Below are positions 39,490 through 49,476 of a DNA stretch of 64,000 nucleotides, piece by piece; position 1 is the first letter of the stretch; each line of letters starts with the position of its first letter. Below the pieces are notes generated by a model, which searched no databases, was not told the origin of the DNA, and saw nothing but the letters and a program-made list of their open reading frames with translations. Made by a program: the position numbers and the translations under genes. The stretch is from an uncultured cyanobacterium (lineage in GTDB: Bacteria > Cyanobacteriota > Cyanobacteriia > Cyanobacteriales > Nostocaceae): positions 1,792,001-1,856,000 of the forward strand of contig OY970166.1 of assembly GCA_963706595.1 (NCBI GenBank), read 5' to 3'.

Positions 39490-42411
39490 GTGACAGAACC
39501 TGGAAGCTACAAAGATACGGTAAACTTACCCAAGACTAAATTCGATATGCGGGCTAACGCTATCAAGCGGGAACCTGAAATCCAAAAATTCTGGGCGGAA
39601 AATAACATTTACGATCGCCTATCCCAAGAAAACCCCGGCGAATTATTTATACTCCATGATGGGCCTCCCTACGCCAACGGCTCGTTGCATATTGGTCATG
39701 CCTTAAATAAAATTCTCAAAGATATTATTAACCGCTACCAATTACTACAAGGGCGTAAAGTTAGATACGTGGCAGGGTGGGATTGTCACGGATTACCCAT
39801 TGAGTTGAAAGTTCTGCAAAAGATGAAGTCGGCAGAACGGCAAAGTTTAACGCCTTTAAAACTGCGGGAAAAAGCTAAAGAGTTTGCCCTAGCTACCGTA
39901 GATGACCAACGGGAATGTTTTAAACGTTACGGCATTTGGGGTGACTGGGAGCATCCTTATCTGACTCTGAAGCCGGAATATGAAGCGGCGCAAATCGGTG
40001 TGTTCGGTCAGATGGTGTTAAAAGGATACATCTATCGCGGTTTGAAGCCGGTTCACTGGAGTCCTAGTTCTAAGACGGCTTTAGCTGAGGCGGAGTTGGA
40101 ATATCCAGAGGGTCACACTTCGAGAAGTATCTATGCGGCTTTTCCCATTACCGGGCTGTCTGAGGCTGCTAAACCTGTGTTGGGTGAATTTTTGCCCCAT
40201 TTGGGTGTCGCTATCTGGACAACCACTCCTTGGACGATTCCGGGGAATTTGGCTGTGGCGGTGAATGGTGATTTGAATTATTCTGTGGTGGAAGCGGAAC
40301 CCCACCCCCCAACCCCCTCCCCGCAAGCAGGGAGGGGGAGTGAAGAAGGGACTGACGGGGTAAGGTTCCGTTACCTTATCGTCGCCGCAGATTTAGTAGA
40401 ACGTTTGTCAGCTACCCTTTCCACTCAGCTAACTGTAAAAGCTACGTTTAAGGGGCAGGTTTTAGAACATTCTACTTATCGTCATCCTTTGTTTGATAGG
40501 GAGAGTCCGGTTGTAGTGGGTGGTGATTATATCACTACTGAGTCGGGTACTGGGTTGGTACATACTGCACCGGGTCACGGTCAAGAAGATTACATTGTTG
40601 GTCAGCGTTATGGTTTGCCGATTCTTGCGCCTGTGGATGACAATGGTGATTTTACTCAGGAGGCGGGTGAGTTTGCTGGGTTGAATGTTTTGGGTGATGG
40701 AAATCAGGCGGTAATTGATGCGCTGACTGCGGCTGGTTCTTTGTTGAAGGAGGAAGCTTATCCTCACAAGTATCCTTATGATTGGCGGACTAAAAAGCCG
40801 ACGATTTTCCGGGCGACTGAACAATGGTTTGCTTCTGTGGCTGGATTTCGGGATGAGGCTTTAAAGGCGATCGCTACTGTAAAATGGATTCCAGCCCAAG
40901 GTGAAAATCGCATCAGACCAATGGTGGCTGAACGTTCTGATTGGTGTATCTCGCGTCAGCGTTCTTGGGGTGTACCCATTCCGGTTTTCTACGATGAAGC
41001 CACCGGGGAACCATTGCTGAATGAGGAAAGTATCAACCACGTCCAAGGAATTATTGCTGAGAAAGGTTCTGATGCTTGGTGGGAAATGTCGGTTGAGGAG
41101 TTATTACCAGAATCTTACCGCAATAATGGCAAGTCTTACCGCAAAGGTACAGATACAATGGATGTCTGGTTTGATTCTGGTTCATCTTGGGCGGCTGTAG
41201 CTAAACAGCGTCCAGAGTTGCGCTACCCGGCTGATATGTATTTGGAAGGTTCCGACCAACATCGGGGTTGGTTCCAATCCAGCTTGCTCACCAGTGTAGC
41301 GGTAAATGGTATTGCACCTTACAAAACTGTCTTAACTCACGGCTTTGTTTTAGATGAACATGGGCGAAAAATGAGTAAATCTGAGGGGAATGTGGTTGAC
41401 CCCCAAGTGGTAATTAATGGTGGGAAAGACCAGAAAAAAGAACCCCCTTATGGTGCTGATATCCTGCGGTTGTGGGCTTCTTCGGTAGATTATTCTTCTG
41501 ATGTGCGTCTGGGTGGTAACATCATTAAGCAAATGAATGATGTTAGAGGCAAGATTCGCAATACAGCGCGGTTCTTGTTGGGTAGCTTGCATGATTTTGA
41601 CCCGGTAAAGGATGCAGTACCTTTGTCAGATTTGCCAGAACTTGACCGCTATATGTTACACCGCATGACTGAGGTGTTTCAGGAAGTTACCGCAGCTTTT
41701 GACAGTTTCCAATTCTTCCGCTTTTTCCAAACTGTGCTGAATTTCTGCGTGGTGGATTTATCCAACTTCTATTTAGATGTTGCCAAGGATAGATTGTACA
41801 TCAGTTCCCCGGATGCTTTCCGTCGCCGCAGTTGTCAAACAGTTTTGCAAATTGCTTTGGAGAATTTAGCACGCGCGATCGCACCTGTTTTGTGTCACAC
41901 TGCTGAAGATATCTGGCAATTTATCCCTTACCAAACACCATGCAAATCAGTGTTTGAAGCTGGTTGGTTGCAAGTAGATGAAAAATGGCGGAATCCTGAA
42001 TTGGCAGAATTTTGGCAACAAATCCGCAAAATTCGCGATGATGTGAATAAGGTCTTAGAACAAGCCAGGGGAGAAAAAATGATTGGTTCTTCCCTAGAAG
42101 CAAAAATTCTGCTATATGTCAAGGATGAGCAATTGCGTTCTGCGGTAAAAGCCCGAAATCCGGAAATTAGTAATGGTATCGATGAACTGCGGTATCTGTT
42201 TATCACCTCCCAAGTGGAAGTATTAGACTCTGCGGAAGCTTTGCAAGGTTTGAAATATGATTTGCAGTCTGATAGCTGGGGAATTGCGGTAGTAGATGCA
42301 GAGGGGAAAAAGTGCGATCGCTGTTGGAATTACTCCACCCATGTGGGAGAATCAGCAGAGCATCCCTTGCTGTGTGAAAGATGCGTTCCAGCCTTAGCGG
42401 GAGAGTTTTAA
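39490..42411 (+). CDS. ileS: Isoleucyl-tRNA synthetase
   Basis: HIGH (HIGHALN), KMSKS, WTTTPWT editing motif and C-terminal CDRC...CERC Zn finger. Confidence 0.99.
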   Translation: MTEPGSYKDTVNLPKTKFDMRANAIKREPEIQKFWAENNIYDRLSQENPGELFILHDGPPYANGSLHIGHALNKILKDIINRYQLLQGRKVRYVAGWDCHGLPIELKVLQKMKSAERQSLTPLKLREKAKEFALATVDDQRECFKRYGIWGDWEHPYLTLKPEYEAAQIGVFGQMVLKGYIYRGLKPVHWSPSSKTALAEAELEYPEGHTSRSIYAAFPITGLSEAAKPVLGEFLPHLGVAIWTTTPWTIPGNLAVAVNGDLNYSVVEAEPHPPTPSPQAGRGSEEGTDGVRFRYLIVAADLVERLSATLSTQLTVKATFKGQVLEHSTYRHPLFDRESPVVVGGDYITTESGTGLVHTAPGHGQEDYIVGQRYGLPILAPVDDNGDFTQEAGEFAGLNVLGDGNQAVIDALTAAGSLLKEEAYPHKYPYDWRTKKPTIFRATEQWFASVAGFRDEALKAIATVKWIPAQGENRIRPMVAERSDWCISRQRSWGVPIPVFYDEATGEPLLNEESINHVQGIIAEKGSDAWWEMSVEELLPESYRNNGKSYRKGTDTMDVWFDSGSSWAAVAKQRPELRYPADMYLEGSDQHRGWFQSSLLTSVAVNGIAPYKTVLTHGFVLDEHGRKMSKSEGNVVDPQVVINGGKDQKKEPPYGADILRLWASSVDYSSDVRLGGNIIKQMNDVRGKIRNTARFLLGSLHDFDPVKDAVPLSDLPELDRYMLHRMTEVFQEVTAAFDSFQFFRFFQTVLNFCVVDLSNFYLDVAKDRLYISSPDAFRRRSCQTVLQIALENLARAIAPVLCHTAEDIWQFIPYQTPCKSVFEAGWLQVDEKWRNPELAEFWQQIRKIRDDVNKVLEQARGEKMIGSSLEAKILLYVKDEQLRSAVKARNPEISNGIDELRYLFITSQVEVLDSAEALQGLKYDLQSDSWGIAVVDAEGKKCDRCWNYSTHVGESAEHPLLCERCVPALAGEF

Positions 42412-42420
42412 TAAAATACA

Positions 42421-42632
42421 GAACCTCACCCCCAGCCCCTCTCCTTAGTAAGGAGAGGGGAGAATATCAAGTCTGGTTGAATACTTCCCAATACTTTTTG
42501 GTTAAGGAGTGTAGAGACGTTCCATGGAACGTCTCTACAAGAGTTTTCTGCTCACGAATTTGCTGAACCGAACAGTATTAGAATACTTCCTACTCCCCTC
42601 CTCGCTTGCGGGGAGGGGCTGGGGGTGGGGTC
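42421..42632. repeat. Palindromic repeat cluster between convergent genes
   Basis: CCCCTCTCCTT.GTAAGGAGAGGGG, GTAGAGACGTTCCATGGAACGTCTCTAC and CCCCTCCTCGCTTGCGGGGAGGGG. Same families at ~31290-31330, 59320-59405 and 59780-59870. Confidence 0.8.
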
Positions 42633-42673
42633 TTATGATTGTGGTAATCGTAACTAATTAACCGGACTTGATA

Positions 42674-43558
42674 TTACAACTTCTGCAACAACTCCTGAGT
42701 TAACTGAAAAAATGCTTTAGAACCAGATGATTGCGGTGCAGTTAACACAACCGGCATAAAACTATCAACAGCCTTAGCCACATTCATATCAACTGGTATT
42801 TGTGCCTTACAGATTTTATCAACACCGAAATCTTCCACAACCCGGTGCATAACTTGTCTGTAATATCTGCCATTTAGCAGATTAGAACTAGCCATACTAA
42901 AGACAATTCCCAACATTTTGATATTTATCTTCGCTTCATGTTCGTGACTGTCTTTTAATTGAGCGATACGTCTTTCTAATAGCTGAATACCTACAACTGA
43001 CAAAGGTTCTGGTTTAGCAGGAAGAATGTAGAAATCACTTGCAGCTAAAGCACTACGAGTCAATAAATTATAGCCAGGCGCACAATCTAAAATGATGAAA
43101 TCATATTCCTCGCGCACTGGTTTGATAATATTATTAATCAAGACTCTTTCAAAGCGATTCCAAACAGTTTCAAAATCCGGTTCACCCAAAGCAGTTGCTT
43201 GTTGATGCAGCATTTCTGAGACTATAAATTCATCGTATAAATCAATGTCTCCGGGTAATAAATCTAGCCCAGCAAGATTACAAACTTGAGATTTGATAAT
43301 ATCATGAATTGTCAGTTTTGCTTCTGGTTCAGGGTTGATAACTTGGTCTATCAAATATCGAAACGTCTTGCGTTGTTTGCGAAGCTTGGCAAAGTCTAAC
43401 GGCGACATTAAACTAAGCGTAGCGCTGATTTGGCTATCTAAATCGAGGACAAGCACGCGCTTACCATGATTTTTAGCTAAACAAGTCGCGATATTGACGG
43501 TAAGGGTGGTTTTACCAACGCCGCCTTTCATATTTGCAGTCGCAATTACGTATCCCAT
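42674..43558 (-). CDS. ParA-family ATPase
   Basis: NMKGGVGKTT, DLDSQ and DCAPG motifs. Confidence 0.92.
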   Translation of the reverse strand: MGYVIATANMKGGVGKTTLTVNIATCLAKNHGKRVLVLDLDSQISATLSLMSPLDFAKLRKQRKTFRYLIDQVINPEPEAKLTIHDIIKSQVCNLAGLDLLPGDIDLYDEFIVSEMLHQQATALGEPDFETVWNRFERVLINNIIKPVREEYDFIILDCAPGYNLLTRSALAASDFYILPAKPEPLSVVGIQLLERRIAQLKDSHEHEAKINIKMLGIVFSMASSNLLNGRYYRQVMHRVVEDFGVDKICKAQIPVDMNVAKAVDSFMPVVLTAPQSSGSKAFFQLTQELLQKL

Positions 43559-43837
43559 TAGTTAAGTCCTTTGTTGACGCGTTCCCATATCTAGGTAGCG
43601 TACACCTGTGCTGAATAATTAAAACTGCTATTAAATTTAATATTTTCCGTAATCTGAAAAATTAACGTTGTATCCATTGAGGCTGTTAGATTATAGCAGT
43701 AAGGTTTTCTTTAGGCGTAGCTTGGGTTGAGCAACGCGTCACCCAACGCTGGAGAGGATGTTGGGTTTGGTTACGTCAACCCAACCTACATTTTTTTGCC
43801 TCAAATTAGGTGTGTCACGCCAGTAGTAAGGTTTTAT

Positions 43838-46486
43838 TTAAACAGAAGGTATGCGAATATTTTTAGCGAATAAGCTTTGTAAGCGGTGTGTTTGAGCGCC
43901 CATTTGGTAAAGTAAATCACCTTTGCCTAACAGATAGGCGGCTGATGTTTCTGTACCTCCCAGGACAATTTTTGAGTCGGCTTCGCTAGCAGTTCGCAGG
44001 GCGACTCTTCCGGGTAAGTTGGAACGGATAATGGGGGTAACAATTCCGGCTTCTGGGCGTTGTGTGGCAATAATCAGATGAATGCCGGCGGCTCTGGCCA
44101 TTGCTCCCAAACGTTTTATACTTAATTCTAATACTTTGCGGATTTCTTTTTCTGCCATAAAGTCGGCATATTCATCAAAAATGCAGACAATTCGCGGTAA
44201 AATCTGGGAAGAACGTTGATTGTAGCTAGTTAAATCAGCACATTTGGCGTTCTCAAATTTTTGGTAACGAGATTCCATCTCTGCAACTAATTGTTCCATA
44301 AGTTCGACCGCGCGATCGCTATCTTTAACCACTGGTGAATATAACCAAGGCATTTTTTCAAACTCTGGAAATGTGACTCGCTTGGGGTCAACTAGGGCAA
44401 TTTTGAGATGTTGGGGAGAATGACGATATAGTAAACTGAGAAGGAGCGATCGCAAAAACTCACTTTTACCGCTTCCAGTTGTACCACCAACCAAAAAGTG
44501 ACAAGTATTCGGATCAGATAAATCAGCTTCTAGCAAATACCCCTCTATACTCACCCCCATTGCAATTTTTACAGGTACTGTGGGCGGTAAGAATTGCGGC
44601 TGAATATAGGCTTCAAAACTAGCAACTTGCCTATCTGGGCGTGGCAAATCAATACTAACATAACCAGCTTGGGGAGCAATCAAAGGCGGCTTTTCTAACC
44701 CCAACTGCACCTGTAAATCGGCTGATAATTTAATTATCGCATTAACTTTTACACCTTTTACACCCAGATGGGGTTTAAGCTTAACTCTGATAAAAGCTGG
44801 TCCCACAGCAGCCCCCAGGTAGTCAACACCAACATTAAAAGATTGCAGAGTCGTCACCAATTCTGCACCGATAACATCAGCATTTACAGATTCTGCTTCA
44901 TTCCTGATTATGGGAGTATCTTCTTCTATATTTTCCCCAGTCATATCTTGAGTAGAATTTGCATCTATACTCTTATCTTCAGAGAGTGAATTATCCACCT
45001 CATCTGCAACAGACGCAGTAAAAAAAGTTTGACACTTTTGCTGCTGGGGGCAAATTTCGCACAGATAAGATTGAGTTGTGGGTGGTGGCGCATTGGGTTG
45101 TGGTGGTTCCCAACTTAGCCATTGCTGCATCTGGAATAATTTGTGGGGAATCAATTGATTAACTGTATTTTCTAGCTGTTCCCAAGAGTATTTATATTCC
45201 TTAAACTCTGGTAAAACACAATAAACCGCCGAATCAACAGGTACTTTCTTCTTTTGCCATAGCATATAACTATAAAGTGAAACCTGGGCTAATTGTGATG
45301 ATGGGTCTACAGGCTGATAGGTTTTAAACTCTACCATACACAGACGATTTTGAGCAAAGTTAAAAACTAAACAATCAAATTCACCTCTTACCAGTTGCTG
45401 TGTGCCATCAGGTAAAGTAAAGTCATGCTCAATACTGCGTTCTTGAGATATAAAGGTGTTACTAATAACGGTTTCAGCATTGCAATACTGGCGATTAATA
45501 ATCAGCAATTCGGCAAAGCGTTTTATTAGTCCTTGTAAACCTTGCCAAACTTGTAGTAATGTTTGCCCGTGACTAGGGTTTTTATGGATTACTGTTTGCA
45601 GGTAGGGAAAAAATTCTAATTGATAAAATATTTGTTGCATTTGCGAGGAAACTTCCTCTAGCTTTAGCTGTCCTGCGGCTGGCTTTAATACTGCTTTGAA
45701 TCGTGGTTCAACCAGCGCTAATTTTACGAAATTATCTGCTAATTTATGAAAGGGGTTGCCAATACCATTAGCACTATTTGGTGGAAAAAATATGGCTTTG
45801 TCACCAAATTTATGATTTAAATAAAAAAGCCGTCCGCATTCAAAAGCAATTCTAACTTTAGTAACATTTAAAGGTGAATTTACAGATTTTTCTGTTATTG
45901 GATGTGAAATGTTATTTACCATATTAAAAATATTAGCTACAGTATGAGGTTCTGATATTTCTAGTAACTTTCTGTGTACAGCAGCCAAATAAACTGTATC
46001 CATTGCGGCATATTTTACTTGCTTTTGGCTCAGAGGACGCTTTCCCCAATCGCTGCTTCCTTCATCTGCATCGACATTGACAAAATGACAAAGTTCTGCT
46101 GCTAAAGTTTTAAGTTTTAAATTGGAAACTTCCAGGCGTTCACGAGTAATTTTTCTAGCTATTTGGTATGTACAAGTAATATTTTGTGCGAGTTTTTTGC
46201 CTAAATACTTGAGGTCAAAACCAGCATTGTGAAAAACCTTCTCAATATTGGAATTAATCATGATTTGGTTAATGAAATATTCTGCCAAATCAGGTTTATC
46301 TAATACATCGAGAAGATAAGCCGATACGCCTGTAGAATCTGTATGATCAGCCAATACCTGAATCAGCGATAATCTGGGATAGTGAGTAGTAAAATCGGCA
46401 ATTTCTGTATCTAACCACAGAGTTTTGTGAGATGTTAATGTGGAGATGAACTCCCGGATTTCTGTTGCTGTTGTCAGGTAGTGCAT
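43838..46486 (-). CDS. Fusion: DEDDy 3'-5' exonuclease + Cas4/AddB-like PD-(D/E)XK nuclease + FtsK/SpoIIIE motor
   Basis: Exonuclease: LDTE, FHNAGFD, YAAMD. Nuclease: EC, GEFD, VEFKT, QVSLY, CEICPQQQKC. Motor: GGTTGSGKS, IFDEYAD, ARAAGIHLIIATQRP. No N-terminal TM segments. Confidence 0.9.
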   Translation of the reverse strand: MHYLTTATEIREFISTLTSHKTLWLDTEIADFTTHYPRLSLIQVLADHTDSTGVSAYLLDVLDKPDLAEYFINQIMINSNIEKVFHNAGFDLKYLGKKLAQNITCTYQIARKITRERLEVSNLKLKTLAAELCHFVNVDADEGSSDWGKRPLSQKQVKYAAMDTVYLAAVHRKLLEISEPHTVANIFNMVNNISHPITEKSVNSPLNVTKVRIAFECGRLFYLNHKFGDKAIFFPPNSANGIGNPFHKLADNFVKLALVEPRFKAVLKPAAGQLKLEEVSSQMQQIFYQLEFFPYLQTVIHKNPSHGQTLLQVWQGLQGLIKRFAELLIINRQYCNAETVISNTFISQERSIEHDFTLPDGTQQLVRGEFDCLVFNFAQNRLCMVEFKTYQPVDPSSQLAQVSLYSYMLWQKKKVPVDSAVYCVLPEFKEYKYSWEQLENTVNQLIPHKLFQMQQWLSWEPPQPNAPPPTTQSYLCEICPQQQKCQTFFTASVADEVDNSLSEDKSIDANSTQDMTGENIEEDTPIIRNEAESVNADVIGAELVTTLQSFNVGVDYLGAAVGPAFIRVKLKPHLGVKGVKVNAIIKLSADLQVQLGLEKPPLIAPQAGYVSIDLPRPDRQVASFEAYIQPQFLPPTVPVKIAMGVSIEGYLLEADLSDPNTCHFLVGGTTGSGKSEFLRSLLLSLLYRHSPQHLKIALVDPKRVTFPEFEKMPWLYSPVVKDSDRAVELMEQLVAEMESRYQKFENAKCADLTSYNQRSSQILPRIVCIFDEYADFMAEKEIRKVLELSIKRLGAMARAAGIHLIIATQRPEAGIVTPIIRSNLPGRVALRTASEADSKIVLGGTETSAAYLLGKGDLLYQMGAQTHRLQSLFAKNIRIPSV

Positions 46487-46516
46487 TGACTGAAATTTTA
46501 TAAGAAATAATTAACT

Positions 46517-48511
46517 TTAAGCAATCAAACAAATTAATTGGTCTTCTACCTTAGCTTTGTGGTTGATAATTTTTACTTTCCTTTCCTGACATAATAGGTC
46601 AATTAAGTGTTGAGTATCAGTTTCTTTTACATCAGGAAACTCTCTGGCTGCTTGTGAAATTAAAGTAGGAACACCCATGTAACCTTGGGTTTTGACTAGA
46701 TTCAATAAAAACTCTTTGACTGGTCTTAAATCTGGTTTTTCATTTTTAATAAATTTACTAGGTTTAGATTTAGGAACAATTTCTAAATCCTGCAATAAAA
46801 CACAATTTTGCAAAAGTTCAGACTGACGTATTAAAGTTTGCAATGTCTGCAAATTAATAGTTTTGTATCCAATAACTAATTCCTGCGAGAGTGCAGAATT
46901 AATCAAGTAATTGTAAGTAGCTAAGTAATGAACTGACTGAAGATTTGGTTTAATATGAATATGTTGAGTCTGGGAAAAAATCTGGCTGTAAATTTTATAT
47001 CCTGCAAGTTTTACTGTTCCTACATTACTAATTCTTATTAAGTAGAGTTTTTGGCAGAGATTTTGCTCAATTGCTCTTTGACAAGCATTCATCACATGAA
47101 AAAAACTTGCCATATTGGCATTTTCTGTCCATATTATTCCTATTCTTTCTCTTTGTTTAGGCTGTTGATAACTCAAGGAATAGCCAGTATATTTGCCTGA
47201 TATCAGTTTAGGTTTTACTAACTGTACTTCTAATGCTTCTAAAGCCACTTGCAACATCCGAATTAAATCAGGCGATGATAGCAAGGAAATTTTAGGTAAT
47301 TTTTCCTGAACTTTTTTATATTCTTGCTGCCATAGTAATTGAAACTCTGCTTGAGGATCTACTTTTGGTCTGCGACCATTAATACTATTTTTATATTTTT
47401 GATACTCACCCTTACCTAGAAGTAATGCATTTCTAGGGTTGGTTTTACCCCCTGGAAAATTGGTTTCTAAAATTTGGCGATTTAAAGGAGTAATAGGAGA
47501 TTCTGGTTGAGGTTTAGCTGCTTGATGTATTGCCTGTAATCTATACTGCCAAAGTGCCTCAGCTTGATTTAAGTCAATATTTTTAAGACTAACTAATTTA
47601 TCCATTCTAGCTTTATCAGACTGTGTAATACATTTCCAACTATGCCTCCAAGGATCTGTGACTATAGTAATTATAATTAGAAAATTCTGGATATTTTCAT
47701 TGTGAAGAGTAGTGTTTACATTAAATATTGCTTGTGGATTAGACAACCAATTTGGTATACTTTCAACCTGATCAAAACATAAAACAATTGGCTGAGTTGC
47801 AGTAGAAATCTTGCCAAAGTTTGCTAATATGTTTTTAGCTGCATCTTCTGTATCAATGCACTTTTTTATTTTTAAAGCTTGCATAGATTCTTCACTTAAA
47901 TCATCTCCTCGTAACCACTCACAGGCTAGGGGATAAAGTTCTGGATCTGTGAGGTAATGTAGAACTCCAAAAAAAATATCAGCATTATAAATGCTGGAAC
48001 TTTGATAGTTCTGCTTGAGATGTTTAATAAATTTTTGACGATCATTCAGCAATAATTCCCAAAAATTATCATTAAACAGCTTCTTTGTCAGGCTATTTTT
48101 TGTGAAAGCGGATAAACTTTTAAGCCAGAGAATTAACTGAGATTCTTGCTGTCCATCTGGTACTTGAATTAAACTATCTACTGTATAACGCAAGATATGT
48201 CGCCAGATGTAATCATTATCAACCCAAGGTCCTATATAAGCAAAAAAAGCTTTAGAATTGAGAGTGCGTTTTAGTCTACCTAAAAGATAGCTTTTGCCAG
48301 AACCTGAATCACCAACAAGTAAGATAGTTCTACTAAAATTATCTGTAGTTACTAAGTTGAGAACTTCTTCAATTTCAGTTATGGCTTCTTGATGAATTGA
48401 ATCAACTATAGCTTCTTTATCTTCGTCTTTGACCCAAAAATTCCCTGTCCTTGAATTTACACGGTCAAAGGGGTTAATTTCGCGCTTAATAATGTCGTCG
48501 ATAGATGCCAT
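46517..48511 (-). CDS. P-loop ATPase (RcaG-like by recollection)
   Basis: Walker A GDSGSGKS and Walker B IVLCFDQVE. 664 aa. Confidence 0.85.
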   Translation of the reverse strand: MASIDDIIKREINPFDRVNSRTGNFWVKDEDKEAIVDSIHQEAITEIEEVLNLVTTDNFSRTILLVGDSGSGKSYLLGRLKRTLNSKAFFAYIGPWVDNDYIWRHILRYTVDSLIQVPDGQQESQLILWLKSLSAFTKNSLTKKLFNDNFWELLLNDRQKFIKHLKQNYQSSSIYNADIFFGVLHYLTDPELYPLACEWLRGDDLSEESMQALKIKKCIDTEDAAKNILANFGKISTATQPIVLCFDQVESIPNWLSNPQAIFNVNTTLHNENIQNFLIIITIVTDPWRHSWKCITQSDKARMDKLVSLKNIDLNQAEALWQYRLQAIHQAAKPQPESPITPLNRQILETNFPGGKTNPRNALLLGKGEYQKYKNSINGRRPKVDPQAEFQLLWQQEYKKVQEKLPKISLLSSPDLIRMLQVALEALEVQLVKPKLISGKYTGYSLSYQQPKQRERIGIIWTENANMASFFHVMNACQRAIEQNLCQKLYLIRISNVGTVKLAGYKIYSQIFSQTQHIHIKPNLQSVHYLATYNYLINSALSQELVIGYKTINLQTLQTLIRQSELLQNCVLLQDLEIVPKSKPSKFIKNEKPDLRPVKEFLLNLVKTQGYMGVPTLISQAAREFPDVKETDTQHLIDLLCQERKVKIINHKAKVEDQLICLIA

Positions 48512-48565
48512 AGTTAATTACCGTGAGAGAGCAAAATGATTTATGCAACACTAATTTATCTATTG

Positions 48566-49358
48566 TTAGTCCACTCTTATAAAGAACAAGGAACCACCAA
48601 CATTTTGAGGAATTCCAGCATTAATTTGTTCTGTAGTATAAGGTGTAGGATTCTAGCAATGAACTCAATTCAATTTTGTCAGTTCTTTGCAAGCGATACA
48701 GCGCCTGATCTAATTCATCTCGTGACAGGGGCGGTTGTAACTTCTGACGTAAATGAAAAATGGGTAAATAATTCTCTGTACCTATTTCTTTATCTAATTT
48801 CTGAATAGTTTGTAAGATATCTTCATCAGTGAGATGCTGAATTGGCTTGACTCGTAAATTCTGACGCAAAAACCGCAGGTAATTATTGAGTAAGTCCAGA
48901 TTGATGTTTGCTTTTCCTTCGGGGGTGTATTCATCCCGCAAATACTCAATTCCTCTTTGGGTTAGCCAAACCTCAGCTTGTGTCCTTTTCATTTTGATTT
49001 CAACTGAAATCAAGCCCCTATCACCCAGCGCTTTCAATATCGTGGTTCGTTCTGCTGCTTTGAGTGAGGTGATTTTGCTGGGGGCGATACCTGCACTTTT
49101 ACTTATCTTCTCCAGCACCTTGATTTCTTTATCTGTGATGGGTACTTGAGCCGAATCAAGTTTCAGCAGTGCCTGACCTGGAGCTAAAATTTTAACTGTG
49201 GCTATCTCACGAGAATAGTCTACCAGCTCGCGATCGCCTAAATTTTGACAAATTTTATCCTTACCCTTAAAACTTTTAAAGGGACTTCTACTCAGACTTG
49301 ACCGATAATTAGCACACCCCAACAAATTTAAAAGGAACTTTAACTCATTCGTATCCAT
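48566..49358 (-). pseudogene. RcaD-like putative DNA-binding protein with a +1 frameshift at ~48650
   Basis: MDTNELKFLL N-terminus and ENYLPIFHLR...SRDELDQALY. The C-terminal PYTTEQINAGIPQNVGGSLFFIRVD* lies in the +1 frame, ending at 48566. Confidence 0.7.
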
Positions 49359-49476
49359 GCGTGTCAGCCTGCTTGTACATAACTCAACAATACTGTAGCT
49401 TGAATGGCACTAATTTACACATATTTTCCATAATAGCGATAATTGGTGCTATTAGCTACAGCCAGTTATGCAGACA

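Noticed and set aside
43838..44900. Housekeeping cell-division FtsK
   Set aside because: No N-terminal TM domain or C-terminal gamma domain, and it is fused to nucleases.
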